In this document: piece after piece, positions 8,759-18,752 of the stretch
How the letters are laid out: each line of letters opens with the position of its first letter
How positions within the stretch are numbered: position 1 is the stretch's first letter
NCBI GenBank assembly: GCA_041747555.1
Contig: JBGTEY010000013.1
Coordinates: forward strand, 16,814 to 80,813
Reading direction: 5' to 3'
Source of the DNA: Patescibacteria group bacterium
Lineage (GTDB): Bacteria > Patescibacteriota > Microgenomatia > UBA1400 > PJMF01
DNA length: 64,000 nt
The notes under the pieces: generated by a model
What the model saw: the letters and a program-made list of their open reading frames with translations, nothing else
Database searches by the model: none
What the model was told of the DNA's origin: nothing
Position numbers and translations under genes: made by a program

Positions 8759-11263
8759 TTATAAATTCAGTCGCCTCAACACAACCGTCCCATCCTCATC
8801 AATATTCCCATCCAAAGACATTTTCTTCACTGAGTGCCCATAGCCATTTGCCAGGCCATTGTTGCCAGCTCGCTTCAGTTCAAAATCATGACCAGATACC
8901 ATCTCGTGTTCTTCGGTACCTGGGTTTTTCATCGACTTCATACTCAAATCCACCCACTCATCCGCTCCCATCGCCTTGGGGTACCGACTATCCGGCTCAT
9001 CATAATCACTAATATCTCGCGCCACAGCCGGTACATCTCCTACATCCACCACATCCCCACTCACACCATACGAAGTAATTGACCGCCCAACCACGCCACT
9101 CGCATGCGCCAATGCTTTTTCATTATCCAGATGAAATCCATGCTTGGTCTTGGCCCAATAATGCGGCGCCACGATCAAGCTCCACACTGCCTTCCATGCC
9201 GCCACACTCATCATCAGCCAGTAGAACGGCACCAAAAACACATATTTAATAATCTCATCATGCCCCCGTTTGGCACAGCCAATCATGTAGTAGTACATGT
9301 ACAAGAAATTGCCAAAAACCAGACACGTCAGCGCCATATAAAACACCGCCGCCGGAAAGAACGGCTCAATCGCAGGCCCCAATGTAGACCGAAATACAAA
9401 GTACAAAATCGTCGTCGCCCACATAATCGGGTTAATAAACATACTCATCACCTTGCCACCAACCACCAGCTGAAAGGTCAACACATGCGGCTCACTCCAG
9501 CTGCGCAAGAACTCACGAGGGTTTCTCATGTGCACCAAGTAGGTCTGGATATAGCCCTTAATCCAGCGACTTCTCTGACTAAACCAATTAAAGAAATCAC
9601 TATTTGCTTCTTCGTTGGTAATCGAGTCCACAATGGCAGTCCTCAAGCCCCGTTTGACCATCCTGATGCCAAGGTCACAGTCTTCGGTCACGTTAAATGA
9701 ATCCCAGCCGTGCAACTCCTTGAGAATGCTGGTCTTAAAATGATTGCTCGTCCCACCCAACGGGATTGGCGCATGAATTGCCTGTAACCCCGTGAGCACC
9801 AAGTCAAACCACAGCGAATACTCTGCAGTAAAGACTCTGGTTAGCAAATTCTGATGCGGATTATAAAAATTGAGCTTCGCCTGCATGCAGACGACTTCTT
9901 TAGGGACTTTGTCAAATGCGAGGACGACTTTTTTGAGCTGGTCGGGCTCTGGGACATCTTCTGCGTCGTAGATCACCACATAATCGCTCTCAATTCTGTG
10001 CAGGGCGTAGTTACATGCCTTGGGCTTGGTCTTGGGGAAGGAATCGGGCACTACCATCACTTCAAAATGTGAGGGGAGTGCGAATTCTTTGACTTTTTGG
10101 AGCGTTTCGGTGTCGTCTTCCTCGAGCAAAAGATATACCTTGAGCTTGTCCTTGGGGTACTCCATCTGATCCATGCTGGTTACAAATTGGGGGATGACCT
10201 GCCATTCCTTATAGAGCGGGCAGAGAATTGCGTAGGTGGGGAGGTCTTTGTCCTCGAGTGCAGTAACTTTTTTGGGCTCGATCTTGATTTCTGGTGAATG
10301 AATAAAACTTTGGACAATGAGGAGCAAATTAAAGAGTAAGTCTACAAAATACAGGACAGTCAGCACTGCAATAAGTATTAAAAGAGTTGTTCTCCAGCTC
10401 GTGATCAGAAAAAATGCCAAAAACGCAACTAAGGCAACCAAAAAAAACGACTGCTTGCGGCTGAGTCTGGTAAACGCGCTCTCTGCATGAGGAAGCGGCG
10501 TGTGGTGGATGTACTTCTTGGAGCGATGGTGAAACCCGTGTCCGACTGATTCAATTTCTGTGGGATGAAATGGGATAATTCTGCGGTAGTGGGTGAGGAG
10601 CAATAGTGCTTGCCAGCTTAACTGGAGTGAAGCGTGGATGAGGTTGGTTTTGTGTTTACCATATTTTCTGGGCTGGAGTGCCACGTCGATTGATTCAATC
10701 ACGGCGCCCGCGTTGCGTGCATTCACTAGGAATTCAAGGTCAAAGGTCCATTGACTGGGATTGAGTTGAAGTCGCTCATATATGTTTTTGCGAAAAACTT
10801 TCATCCCTGATTGCACATCAACGGTAAAACCGTGCAGCGTTTTGCCAAACAATACCCTAAAGAGTGTTGCCAAGACCTTGCGATGGGCATCAACATTGAG
10901 TTCAAAGCGATTTGCAACCACAATATCGGCGCCCGCATCGAGTTTCTTGACCATTTTTTCAAAATTCTCTGGGGAGTATTGGAGATCCCCGTCAATCATG
11001 CCGATATAGTCGTACTGTGCTGCGGCAAAGCCTTCGATCAGTGACTGACCCTTACCTCGATTACCTGTTTTTTTGAGTAATTTGACTGCAGGAGAAGGAA
11101 AAGCTTTTACTCTATCTGGTGTGCCATCATCTGATCCATCATCGATGACCAAAATTTCAAATGTTGGGGTTATTTTTTCACATACAGCGACCGTACGTTC
11201 AAGCAAAATTGTGATACTTTTTGCTTCATTAAGGGTGGGAATGATGATAGAAATGCCTCTCAT
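8759..11263 (-). CDS. Tandem GT2 fusion: DPM1-like domain plus membrane processive (CESA-like) GT2
   Basis: N-terminal IIPTLNE/DDGSDD/DGDLQ; C-terminal TKPKACN, YDAED, TEDCD and QRSRW motifs followed by TM helices. Confidence 0.9.
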   Translation of the reverse strand: MRGISIIIPTLNEAKSITILLERTVAVCEKITPTFEILVIDDGSDDGTPDRVKAFPSPAVKLLKKTGNRGKGQSLIEGFAAAQYDYIGMIDGDLQYSPENFEKMVKKLDAGADIVVANRFELNVDAHRKVLATLFRVLFGKTLHGFTVDVQSGMKVFRKNIYERLQLNPSQWTFDLEFLVNARNAGAVIESIDVALQPRKYGKHKTNLIHASLQLSWQALLLLTHYRRIIPFHPTEIESVGHGFHHRSKKYIHHTPLPHAESAFTRLSRKQSFFLVALVAFLAFFLITSWRTTLLILIAVLTVLYFVDLLFNLLLIVQSFIHSPEIKIEPKKVTALEDKDLPTYAILCPLYKEWQVIPQFVTSMDQMEYPKDKLKVYLLLEEDDTETLQKVKEFALPSHFEVMVVPDSFPKTKPKACNYALHRIESDYVVIYDAEDVPEPDQLKKVVLAFDKVPKEVVCMQAKLNFYNPHQNLLTRVFTAEYSLWFDLVLTGLQAIHAPIPLGGTSNHFKTSILKELHGWDSFNVTEDCDLGIRMVKRGLRTAIVDSITNEEANSDFFNWFSQRSRWIKGYIQTYLVHMRNPREFLRSWSEPHVLTFQLVVGGKVMSMFINPIMWATTILYFVFRSTLGPAIEPFFPAAVFYMALTCLVFGNFLYMYYYMIGCAKRGHDEIIKYVFLVPFYWLMMSVAAWKAVWSLIVAPHYWAKTKHGFHLDNEKALAHASGVVGRSITSYGVSGDVVDVGDVPAVARDISDYDEPDSRYPKAMGADEWVDLSMKSMKNPGTEEHEMVSGHDFELKRAGNNGLANGYGHSVKKMSLDGNIDEDGTVVLRRLNL

Positions 11264-11334
11264 GAACCCTTCATTATAGCAATTATAGTGATGCCTGTCG
11301 CTCGAAATAATTAGGGGTGTTATACTAAATAGAT

Positions 11335-12444
11335 ATGCAACAAAAATCACACCTACTTGTCAGGGCCATGAAACATTTTTTTAGAGTATTCCTGAGTGTT
11401 AACGCCGTAATTATTGGTATATTTTCTAGTTTGGCAGTGATTGGAATTATGTCAGCGATGGTTTCTGATGACACAGCCGTTTCTGGCACGAGCTCAATTT
11501 CAGAAGACTATCGTGTCTTGGTTGGTGAAGACGATGCCGAACATCAATTTGCGTCAATTGCACTTGATGGAATTATTTTAGGTGACAGAAGTGAATTTGA
11601 GCAGATTTTTGAGGCATTTGCCTCTGGTGGAGTCACCTTTGGGTATGATGTCAAAGATGAGCTCTATGAACTCGCCGATGCCGATGAAGTCGCAGGAATT
11701 GTCTTAGAAATCAATTCTCCCGGAGGAACAATCTTTGGCACCCAAGCAATTGTTGATGGCGTTACCTATTATCGACAACAGACCAACAAACCTGTGGTTG
11801 CATATATAGGCAGCATTGCCGCATCTGGTGGATACTGGGCTGCGGTGAGTGCTGATGAGATTATTGCTGATGCTGGTACAACCATTGGTAGCATCGGTGT
11901 CATTACTGGACCTATTAAATTTTATGACGGCGTGGTGAGTGAGGATGGCGGCGCATTTATTGGAGGAATCGAAACCACCGGTGGCGTCCAGACAACATTT
12001 TTCACCGCAGGAGAGGGTAAAGATATGGGTAATCCCTACCGACCAATGACCGATCGTGAGCGACAAGTCTTGCAAGGGGCTGTAGATAGTAGTCATAGCA
12101 CGTTTGTCGATTATGTTTCAGAGCGTCGCGCTGTTGATCGAGCGACCGTTACCCAAATGTGGGGTGGATATATTTATAACGACATTCAAGCTACCCAACT
12201 AGGAATGGTTGATAACCGAGGCTCAAAGGATGCCGCCTACAACATCGTTGCAGAGCGTGCAGGTGTTGCTATCGATGACTCCTCCATCATTAGATACAGA
12301 TCAGGTGGTGGATTTTTTGATCAGTTATTTGGTGTGGTGAGTGATGCGCAGACTGAGCTTAAGGCTGGGCGCGTGTCTGGTGGGTGTTTGTATAGCCAAC
12401 ATGTGATGGCGTATCACGGGGATTTGGCTGGGTTGTGTTTTTAG
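11335..12444 (+). CDS. sppA: Signal peptide peptidase SppA (S49)
   Basis: INSPGG, AASGGYW, GSIGV and GEGKD motifs. Confidence 0.9.
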   Translation: MQQKSHLLVRAMKHFFRVFLSVNAVIIGIFSSLAVIGIMSAMVSDDTAVSGTSSISEDYRVLVGEDDAEHQFASIALDGIILGDRSEFEQIFEAFASGGVTFGYDVKDELYELADADEVAGIVLEINSPGGTIFGTQAIVDGVTYYRQQTNKPVVAYIGSIAASGGYWAAVSADEIIADAGTTIGSIGVITGPIKFYDGVVSEDGGAFIGGIETTGGVQTTFFTAGEGKDMGNPYRPMTDRERQVLQGAVDSSHSTFVDYVSERRAVDRATVTQMWGGYIYNDIQATQLGMVDNRGSKDAAYNIVAERAGVAIDDSSIIRYRSGGGFFDQLFGVVSDAQTELKAGRVSGGCLYSQHVMAYHGDLAGLCF

Positions 12445-12475
12445 GGTAGGATTATTTGTATATAATTGAAATTCT

Positions 12476-12898
12476 ATGATAGAACAAAATGAGCCATCAC
12501 CCAAAGAAGAAAACGGTGAACATCCACTAAAACTTGATGAATTTCAAGGTCTTTTAGATGTTTGGAAAAAGAGTAAAGAGGCAGGAGCTCGGGCCGTATC
12601 AGATTTTCTAGATGAACTAGATGATGCGCTTAAAGAAGTGCATGAGCAAGGTAGGCAATACCTGATAATGGGAACAATAATCAGTACGGCATCGAATTTA
12701 ATGTTTCCTAATCTCATGACCTCAGACTCTAGCTTTGCTACAGTGGCGATGTGGCTGGGGCTCAATGTGGTTGGTTCAGCTGTCGCACTAAAGATTAAAA
12801 ATAAAATAACTCAAGAAATAGCGAGGTACAAAGAAGAAGTTGCTTCGGGCCGAAGTTTTGATTCTACACATCAATATCAATCTGAGGATGAAGTATGA
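12476..12898 (+). CDS. Hypothetical 2-TM protein
   Basis: TATAAT upstream of the ORF; ATGA-coupled to the next gene. Confidence 0.65.
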   Translation: MIEQNEPSPKEENGEHPLKLDEFQGLLDVWKKSKEAGARAVSDFLDELDDALKEVHEQGRQYLIMGTIISTASNLMFPNLMTSDSSFATVAMWLGLNVVGSAVALKIKNKITQEIARYKEEVASGRSFDSTHQYQSEDEV

Positions 12899-13284
12899 CT
12901 GATCCAATTAAGGAACTATCCAATCTGGAGCATGTAGTCCTCGGTCCCTTACTCATCGCAACTGGCATGAGTGATGATGAGCAAGTCATTGTCAAAAAAC
13001 AGTTATTGCTCGTTATAGTGGCTCAATCAATCCAAAAGGTGGAGCAAGCTCTTTCAGAAGAAGAGAAAGAATCACTTCTCAACGAGTTATCTCAACTGGA
13101 TCCACAAAGTCAATTGGATCACCTTGCGAGCTTTATTTCCCAGAACGAAATTTCTCAACAGCTTTTATCTGAGTATTATCAAAAAGACTTACCCCAACTA
13201 CTAAAACGCTTACTGCTAAAATTCATGAATAGCGCCACCGATGAACAAAAACAGAGATTTCTTAAAGCTTCAGAGGCTGTTTAA
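12895..13284 (+). CDS. Hypothetical helical protein (DUF5663-like)
   Basis: Q/E/L-rich helices with an 'LSEEEK' motif; the family assignment is tentative. Confidence 0.6.
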   Translation: MTDPIKELSNLEHVVLGPLLIATGMSDDEQVIVKKQLLLVIVAQSIQKVEQALSEEEKESLLNELSQLDPQSQLDHLASFISQNEISQQLLSEYYQKDLPQLLKRLLLKFMNSATDEQKQRFLKASEAV

Positions 13285-13285
13285 G

Positions 13286-14188
13286 CTAAATAATTTTGTG
13301 CTTAGTAAGAAGTTTGAAAATAGAAACAGTCCTCTGCGCAAATTCCTCATCCTCCAGAGGTACCGACCATAATTTATCCAAAAAAGAACTTCGTTGATAC
13401 TCGATGACCACGTATCTTAGTTTGCTATTGAGTACTGATGCAAGCTCACTCCACATGTCTTCGGTTATCATTTCGACTGGCAAAGAATCATGACTGTTGG
13501 TGCCAAGCGAAATATGGACAATGCACGGGCCAAGTGCGTCTAATTTTTGCAGCATTTCATGCCAGTGTTTGGATGGATTGATCAATGAATTTGGTTTTTC
13601 TAGTAAGTAGTGTACGATGTCAAAAACGGGAACGCACGGGATGCCTGCTTTTGTCAGTGTTTCGACTGCTTCACGGGTAACTTCATATGATTCTTCGAAT
13701 GGATTATTTTCTATTGCGAGTGGGCAGGGCAGGGCAGTGGGCAACTGATTGTTCTGAAAAACTGATCGTGCTTCTGTTTCGTGAATAAGAAAATAATGCG
13801 GTTTGCTATCTTGAGCAAGTGACAATCTTTGTAATGCTTTGGGCGTTGATTGCAAAAGTATGGTAAAGCCAATTGTGAGCAATCGAATAGGATTGAACCA
13901 AGAAAGATCGGGATCAATGCCAGTTCTACCGTGAAATCCGGCTACGGGGACAGCGTCTGAACTGCCAAGCTCATCCCATGGAGCGACAAATCTCCAGAGG
14001 AGGACTTCTATACCTGGCATCTGACTCTTTTCTCTTCCCTCGCCAACTTCTTTAAAAATGTATTGCCAAAATTCTCGTGCATCGTACCAATCGCCAAAAA
14101 CTCCCACCACATCGGTGGAAATACCCGATCCGTAGCTATTTTTGAGTGCTGTTATAAATTGTTCCGGATTAAAGTTGGTAGGAGGCAT
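13286..14188 (-). CDS. Xylose isomerase/AP-endonuclease-2-like TIM barrel protein
   Basis: Spaced putative metal ligands IEN, FDIVH, VHIS and VIEY. Confidence 0.6.
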   Translation of the reverse strand: MPPTNFNPEQFITALKNSYGSGISTDVVGVFGDWYDAREFWQYIFKEVGEGREKSQMPGIEVLLWRFVAPWDELGSSDAVPVAGFHGRTGIDPDLSWFNPIRLLTIGFTILLQSTPKALQRLSLAQDSKPHYFLIHETEARSVFQNNQLPTALPCPLAIENNPFEESYEVTREAVETLTKAGIPCVPVFDIVHYLLEKPNSLINPSKHWHEMLQKLDALGPCIVHISLGTNSHDSLPVEMITEDMWSELASVLNSKLRYVVIEYQRSSFLDKLWSVPLEDEEFAQRTVSIFKLLTKHKII

Positions 14189-14285
14189 AGCTGTATTTTT
14201 AAAAAAAATGACCTGTGTGTAAGCGATTTGTAGGATTTAAAAGGTATTGTAGCAAAAGTAACAGATAATAAAGAAAGGAGACAAG

Positions 14286-14855
14286 ATGTATAGCAAGAAA
14301 AAACTGCTTATCTCTGGTCTTTTTGTACTTCTGCTCGGGCTGACCCTTGGGGCAGGTGCAGTAGTCGCGTATTTTTCTAGTGTCGGTCAGACGGATTTCA
14401 ATACAATTCAAACAGGACGGCTTGACATGCTGGTTGGTCAAACAGATGCACTCCAAGAAGAGCATTGGCTGCCTGGTGAGTCACAAATCATTGAGTGGTC
14501 AGTACTCAATACGGGCAATATAGATTCATATCTCAAGGGAAAACTCGATGTAACCTGGGATGTAGAAGGTCTCGAGACAGAAAAAATTATCATAGATTCA
14601 GTCGAATATATGGATGCTGGTGTGTGGTATCCACTCACGAGTGGCACAATTTCACCCGGTGATGAATTTTTATACAGTGCAGATGGCACAGAAGGTGGTC
14701 TAATCTCATTCCCTCAGGCGAAAGAAGTGCTATTTAGAATGACCGTCACGCTCGATCCCACGGTGGAAAATGAGTATCAAAATGCAGGATTCTCTGGTCA
14801 AGTAAAAATGGCTGGCAGACAACAAACAGAGGGAGCTGTGTGGGGAAGTTTATAG
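14286..14855 (+). CDS. TasA/CalY (camelysin, M73)-like protein with a SipW-class signal peptide
   Basis: Signal peptide followed by AYFS...NTIQTGRLD, PGES, NTGNI and NEYQN; SD AAGGAG. Confidence 0.8.
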   Translation: MYSKKKLLISGLFVLLLGLTLGAGAVVAYFSSVGQTDFNTIQTGRLDMLVGQTDALQEEHWLPGESQIIEWSVLNTGNIDSYLKGKLDVTWDVEGLETEKIIIDSVEYMDAGVWYPLTSGTISPGDEFLYSADGTEGGLISFPQAKEVLFRMTVTLDPTVENEYQNAGFSGQVKMAGRQQTEGAVWGSL

Positions 14856-15646
14856 GAATAAGTATTTGTATGGGGCTGTTGATGTTTCACTCAGCAGCCC
14901 CTGCCAGAGCCTTTTTCACAACCATTGGTGAATTTACTCATCACTTTACTATCATTGAGTCAACAATTGTGTCAGTAGAAGCACCGTTTGAAAAAGAAAT
15001 TACTTCAATAAAACCAGACCAGTCTCTTTCACTCTGCTATCAATTCATCAGCGAAAGTGACGACCCTGGATTTGATGAACCAGCTATGACTGTGAAACTA
15101 TCAGAAAAAATCATATATGAGACAAGTTTTTCTGCAGATAAAAAATGTATTCAAATGCAGCTCGATCAAGGATACAACGTAATTCAAATATCGGTGCATG
15201 ACACCATAGATACTCAAAATTCACCTCAGGTGGTACTTTCAGATTTTGAGGTTAGCGCAACCGCTGCGTTGCCTTCACAGATGCTTCTAGTTTTTGATAG
15301 TATCGTGGAGCAAATCACCAGAAGTGATGACTCGACACTAGTAAGTTTTAAACTTGCGGTGCCTATGGATTCTGAATTAGTTGACATCAGTACTAATTAC
15401 TCACTGGCACTCTATGAGATAACATCATCGATTTCAGATGAAACAATCATTACCACAAACGTTCCAATTGGATTGAACATTTCGGCAGAGCCAGATCATC
15501 CTGTATTAATTTCCCCACACCAACCACTCTGGAATACATTTTTAGGCCAAAAATTTGTTGATAGTCGATTTCCAAATCATAGTATTAGTTTTGTGACTGC
15601 TCGAATTCCTCATGGTCACTGGTTTGCTCAAATTCATGAGGAATAA
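14840..15646 (+). CDS. Secreted beta-rich protein with a SipW-class-like signal (ARA-FFT)
   Basis: GTG start with GGGAG SD; overlaps the TasA-like gene. Confidence 0.6.
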   Translation: MGKFIGISICMGLLMFHSAAPARAFFTTIGEFTHHFTIIESTIVSVEAPFEKEITSIKPDQSLSLCYQFISESDDPGFDEPAMTVKLSEKIIYETSFSADKKCIQMQLDQGYNVIQISVHDTIDTQNSPQVVLSDFEVSATAALPSQMLLVFDSIVEQITRSDDSTLVSFKLAVPMDSELVDISTNYSLALYEITSSISDETIITTNVPIGLNISAEPDHPVLISPHQPLWNTFLGQKFVDSRFPNHSISFVTARIPHGHWFAQIHEE

Positions 15647-15707
15647 ACAATTCTCAGCTAGCTAACCCTTGAGTTTACTAGGGTTTGTAGTGCATACTTG
15701 GGACTAC

Positions 15708-16760
15708 ATGAAATTATTTGAAACGATCGCGCATCTCTTCCACCCTCGTCGGTCGAATAATCATCGACCCAAAGTCCTGCACCCAGAGGCAATGGCATAC
15801 ATGGTTGGAATAATCGTCGCACTTTCATTTTTTATTCAATTTGCGCCGAGGCAAAACGCACTTTCAAACGTCTTGGGCTACTCATCAGATATAACGGTCG
15901 ATAAAGTGCTGTCTCAAACCAACCAAATCAGAGGACAAGGCAGCCTCAAGTCGTTGCAGTACAGTGATCGATTATCACAAGCAGCGGTCGCCAAAGGTCA
16001 AGACATGTTTGCCAATCAATACTGGGCACACACATCCCCTTCTGGCAGAGAACCATGGGATTTTATTCGCGCTGTTGGATATGGTTATCGAGTTGCGGGT
16101 GAAAATTTAGCTCGAGATTTTGACACCACAGATACCATGATGCAGGCATGGATGGCGTCACCAACGCACCGTGAAAACATCATGCACCCAAGATACCAAG
16201 AAATAGGTATCGCAGTCATCGACGGAACACTCAATGGAGTCGAAACTACACTGGTCGTGCAAATGTTTGGCCTCCCCATAACTACTCAAGTAGCTGAGGT
16301 TCCAGACAGTAACGTCTTTGGTGTTAACCAAGCTCAAGCTGCAGAACCAAGCGAATTCGAGCCAGCAGATCAGGTGGTGATCACTGAAGCAAATTCAGCA
16401 CGGGAAGTTGTTCCAGATGAAGCTGCTGGAAATGAACAACCACAGGCCAGCACCATCCCAGATCCTGAACCAACACTGAGCCCAACATCAGGCGACTCCA
16501 ATCTAGCGACACCAGTAGAACCCCTCATTGCAAGGCCCAGGCACTCTCTGGGAATCTTCCCACAGTTTTCTCCCCTCATGCTCACTAAAGCTGGAGTTAT
16601 TGCAGTCACTTTACTACTCCTTGGAACACTACTATATGATGCTATGATCATTGCTAATAGAAAAACAGAGCGATTTGTGGGTAAAAATTTAGCACATATT
16701 ATCTTGTTTTCCATGGTTTTATTTCTGCTAATTGTTATTAAGGGAGGAGCGATAGCATAA
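15708..16760 (+). CDS. CAP/SCP-domain membrane protein
   Basis: TNQIR, YWAHTSP, AGENLA, WMASPTHRENI and EIGIAV motifs; N- and C-terminal TM helices. Confidence 0.9.
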   Translation: MKLFETIAHLFHPRRSNNHRPKVLHPEAMAYMVGIIVALSFFIQFAPRQNALSNVLGYSSDITVDKVLSQTNQIRGQGSLKSLQYSDRLSQAAVAKGQDMFANQYWAHTSPSGREPWDFIRAVGYGYRVAGENLARDFDTTDTMMQAWMASPTHRENIMHPRYQEIGIAVIDGTLNGVETTLVVQMFGLPITTQVAEVPDSNVFGVNQAQAAEPSEFEPADQVVITEANSAREVVPDEAAGNEQPQASTIPDPEPTLSPTSGDSNLATPVEPLIARPRHSLGIFPQFSPLMLTKAGVIAVTLLLLGTLLYDAMIIANRKTERFVGKNLAHIILFSMVLFLLIVIKGGAIA

Positions 16761-17020
16761 TGATCAGAGGAGAACTCAAACGACATCCAGTTGCATATGG
16801 TGCGCTATTTTTGGGCTTGGGGATTTTCGTGTACGGTTTTCTTGGGGCATGGCCAGACCGTTTCACTCAGCGAATTTTGATCATGGGACTTGTTACATTT
16901 TATTTCATTTGGGGTGTGGCAACGCACGTTTCTGCCAAGCATCTTACCTCAAGAATTGTTGGAGAATATTTAGCTGTAGCACTGCTGGCAGGAGCATTAC
17001 TATTAGCTGTGACACTTTGA
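16760..17020 (+). CDS. Small 3-TM membrane protein
   Basis: TAATG coupling to the upstream gene; 'YFIWG..H' and 'EY' motifs. Confidence 0.75.
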   Translation: MIRGELKRHPVAYGALFLGLGIFVYGFLGAWPDRFTQRILIMGLVTFYFIWGVATHVSAKHLTSRIVGEYLAVALLAGALLLAVTL

Positions 17021-17061
17021 TCTGGTAATGATACACTGGTACGGCAAAAGAAAGGATTTTT

Positions 17062-17784
17062 ATGAAAGGTATTATTTTAGCAGGTGGTTCAGGCTCACGC
17101 CTCAGGCCTTTGACCAAAATCACGAGCAAGCAATTGCTTCCGATTTATAACAAACCAATGATCTTCTTCCCGCTCCAAACGTTGCTCACTGCAGGAATTC
17201 GAGATATTTTGATCATTGTTGCCCCTGATCACGCAGGTGATTTTCTAAAACTACTGGGGAGTGGAAGAGAATTTGGCTGTAAATTTACCTATGAAATTCA
17301 AGACAAGCCAGAAGGATTGGCTCAGGCGTTTGTGATTGGTGAGAACTTTTTAGGCAACGACGATGTGACGCTCATACTAGGCGACAATTTGTATGAAGAC
17401 GATTTTTCAGATCAAATCGCAAGCTTTGAAAAAGGCGGACGAGTATTTCTGAAGAAAGTTTCTGATCCACAGCGATATGGTGTCGCAGAATTTGATGATA
17501 ATCGACAAGTGATCTCAATTGAGGAAAAACCAAAAACACCAAAATCTGACTTTGCCGTTACCGGTCTCTACATCTACGATAATTCAGTAGTGCAGCGCGC
17601 CAAAGCTCTTGAGCCATCAGAGCGCGGTGAGCTTGAAATCACCGATCTCAATAATTTGTACCTCAAAGATGGTCAGCTTGACGTTGCCTTTGTTGAGGGA
17701 CGATGGTTTGATACAGGCACCTTTGAATCACTTCATGACGCAATTCAGTTTGCACGAGAAAAGGAATTAGCTCATACTGCTTAA
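17062..17784 (+). CDS. rfbA: Glucose-1-phosphate thymidylyltransferase (short form)
   Basis: GIILAGGSGSRL, SKQLLPIYNKPM, EEKP, RGELEITD and WFDTGT motifs. Confidence 0.93.
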   Translation: MKGIILAGGSGSRLRPLTKITSKQLLPIYNKPMIFFPLQTLLTAGIRDILIIVAPDHAGDFLKLLGSGREFGCKFTYEIQDKPEGLAQAFVIGENFLGNDDVTLILGDNLYEDDFSDQIASFEKGGRVFLKKVSDPQRYGVAEFDDNRQVISIEEKPKTPKSDFAVTGLYIYDNSVVQRAKALEPSERGELEITDLNNLYLKDGQLDVAFVEGRWFDTGTFESLHDAIQFAREKELAHTA

Positions 17785-17785
17785 T

Positions 17786-18748
17786 ATGTTGATTACCCGA
17801 TCACAGGAATTTAGATTTGTTCTCACCGTATTGTTTCTGTTGTTTGTGTATGTTTTGATGAGTGGTGCAACGCAAGCATTTGGGAACACGGTCACCACGA
17901 TTGCACAGGCAGAGACTCCCTCAGAATCAGAAACACCCGCGGCAGCTACAGATTCAAGTGATATCGAGAGCATCGAGACTTTAGAAGCTGAGCCAGTTGG
18001 ACAATTCATTTTCAACCGTCAAGTACACGCAGAAGAGCGGGCGCAATTGCAGGCCCTCTATAAAGCTCAAATTGCGAAGTATCGCACCTCTGAACGACAA
18101 TTCACACTTGATAAGCAGCAGTACGCGCAACTCCAAACGCTTGTTTCACTTGAGGTTGCTGTTCGATCGACTAGAGAAGTGTACCTCGATCGATCTAAAG
18201 TGCTGGTTACGTACATTGAGTTGGTTCGTCTCACACTTCAGGACACGCCAGGAATTGAGTTGGGGGCAAAAGATCGAGCGCTCGTCACGCTTGATGAGGC
18301 TCGACAAGATTTGCTCACACATCAAGATGCCATCCTCTTATCAGAGGACAGAATCGCTCTTGGAGCGCGTGCAAGTGAGTTTGCACTGCTGACAGCAACG
18401 ATTAATGATGCAATTTATAGAGGTCTGTTATTAATCAATCTGGGCAAGGTACAAACGCTCTCCGATCAGAGCCAAATTTTATTTGATGATATTTTGCAGT
18501 ATCATACAGATAATCCTGGGTCTGCACTGCAAGAATCTCAACGAACGAGAGCCCGCCAAGAAATTGAACGAAATTTAGAGAGAACCAAGAATAGTCTCAA
18601 AAAGATATCGGACAACTATTCAAGATTAGAAGCAGATAATGACACGATTTCTCGAAATACATTTAATCGATACTCAGGTGATTTGAGCACACCGTATTCT
18701 CAGTTGTCAAACGTTTTGTCATATCTAGCTGAATTTATTACCATTTAA
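17786..18748 (+). CDS. Secreted or anchored coiled-coil protein
   Basis: N-terminal hydrophobic segment followed by long helical repeats. Confidence 0.75.
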   Translation: MLITRSQEFRFVLTVLFLLFVYVLMSGATQAFGNTVTTIAQAETPSESETPAAATDSSDIESIETLEAEPVGQFIFNRQVHAEERAQLQALYKAQIAKYRTSERQFTLDKQQYAQLQTLVSLEVAVRSTREVYLDRSKVLVTYIELVRLTLQDTPGIELGAKDRALVTLDEARQDLLTHQDAILLSEDRIALGARASEFALLTATINDAIYRGLLLINLGKVQTLSDQSQILFDDILQYHTDNPGSALQESQRTRARQEIERNLERTKNSLKKISDNYSRLEADNDTISRNTFNRYSGDLSTPYSQLSNVLSYLAEFITI

Positions 18749-18752
18749 AACC

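Noticed and set aside
9104-9700. 198-aa antisense ORF and many other 60-140 aa shadow ORFs
   Set aside because: They lie opposite or within well-supported genes, carry no motifs, and are by-products of codon bias.
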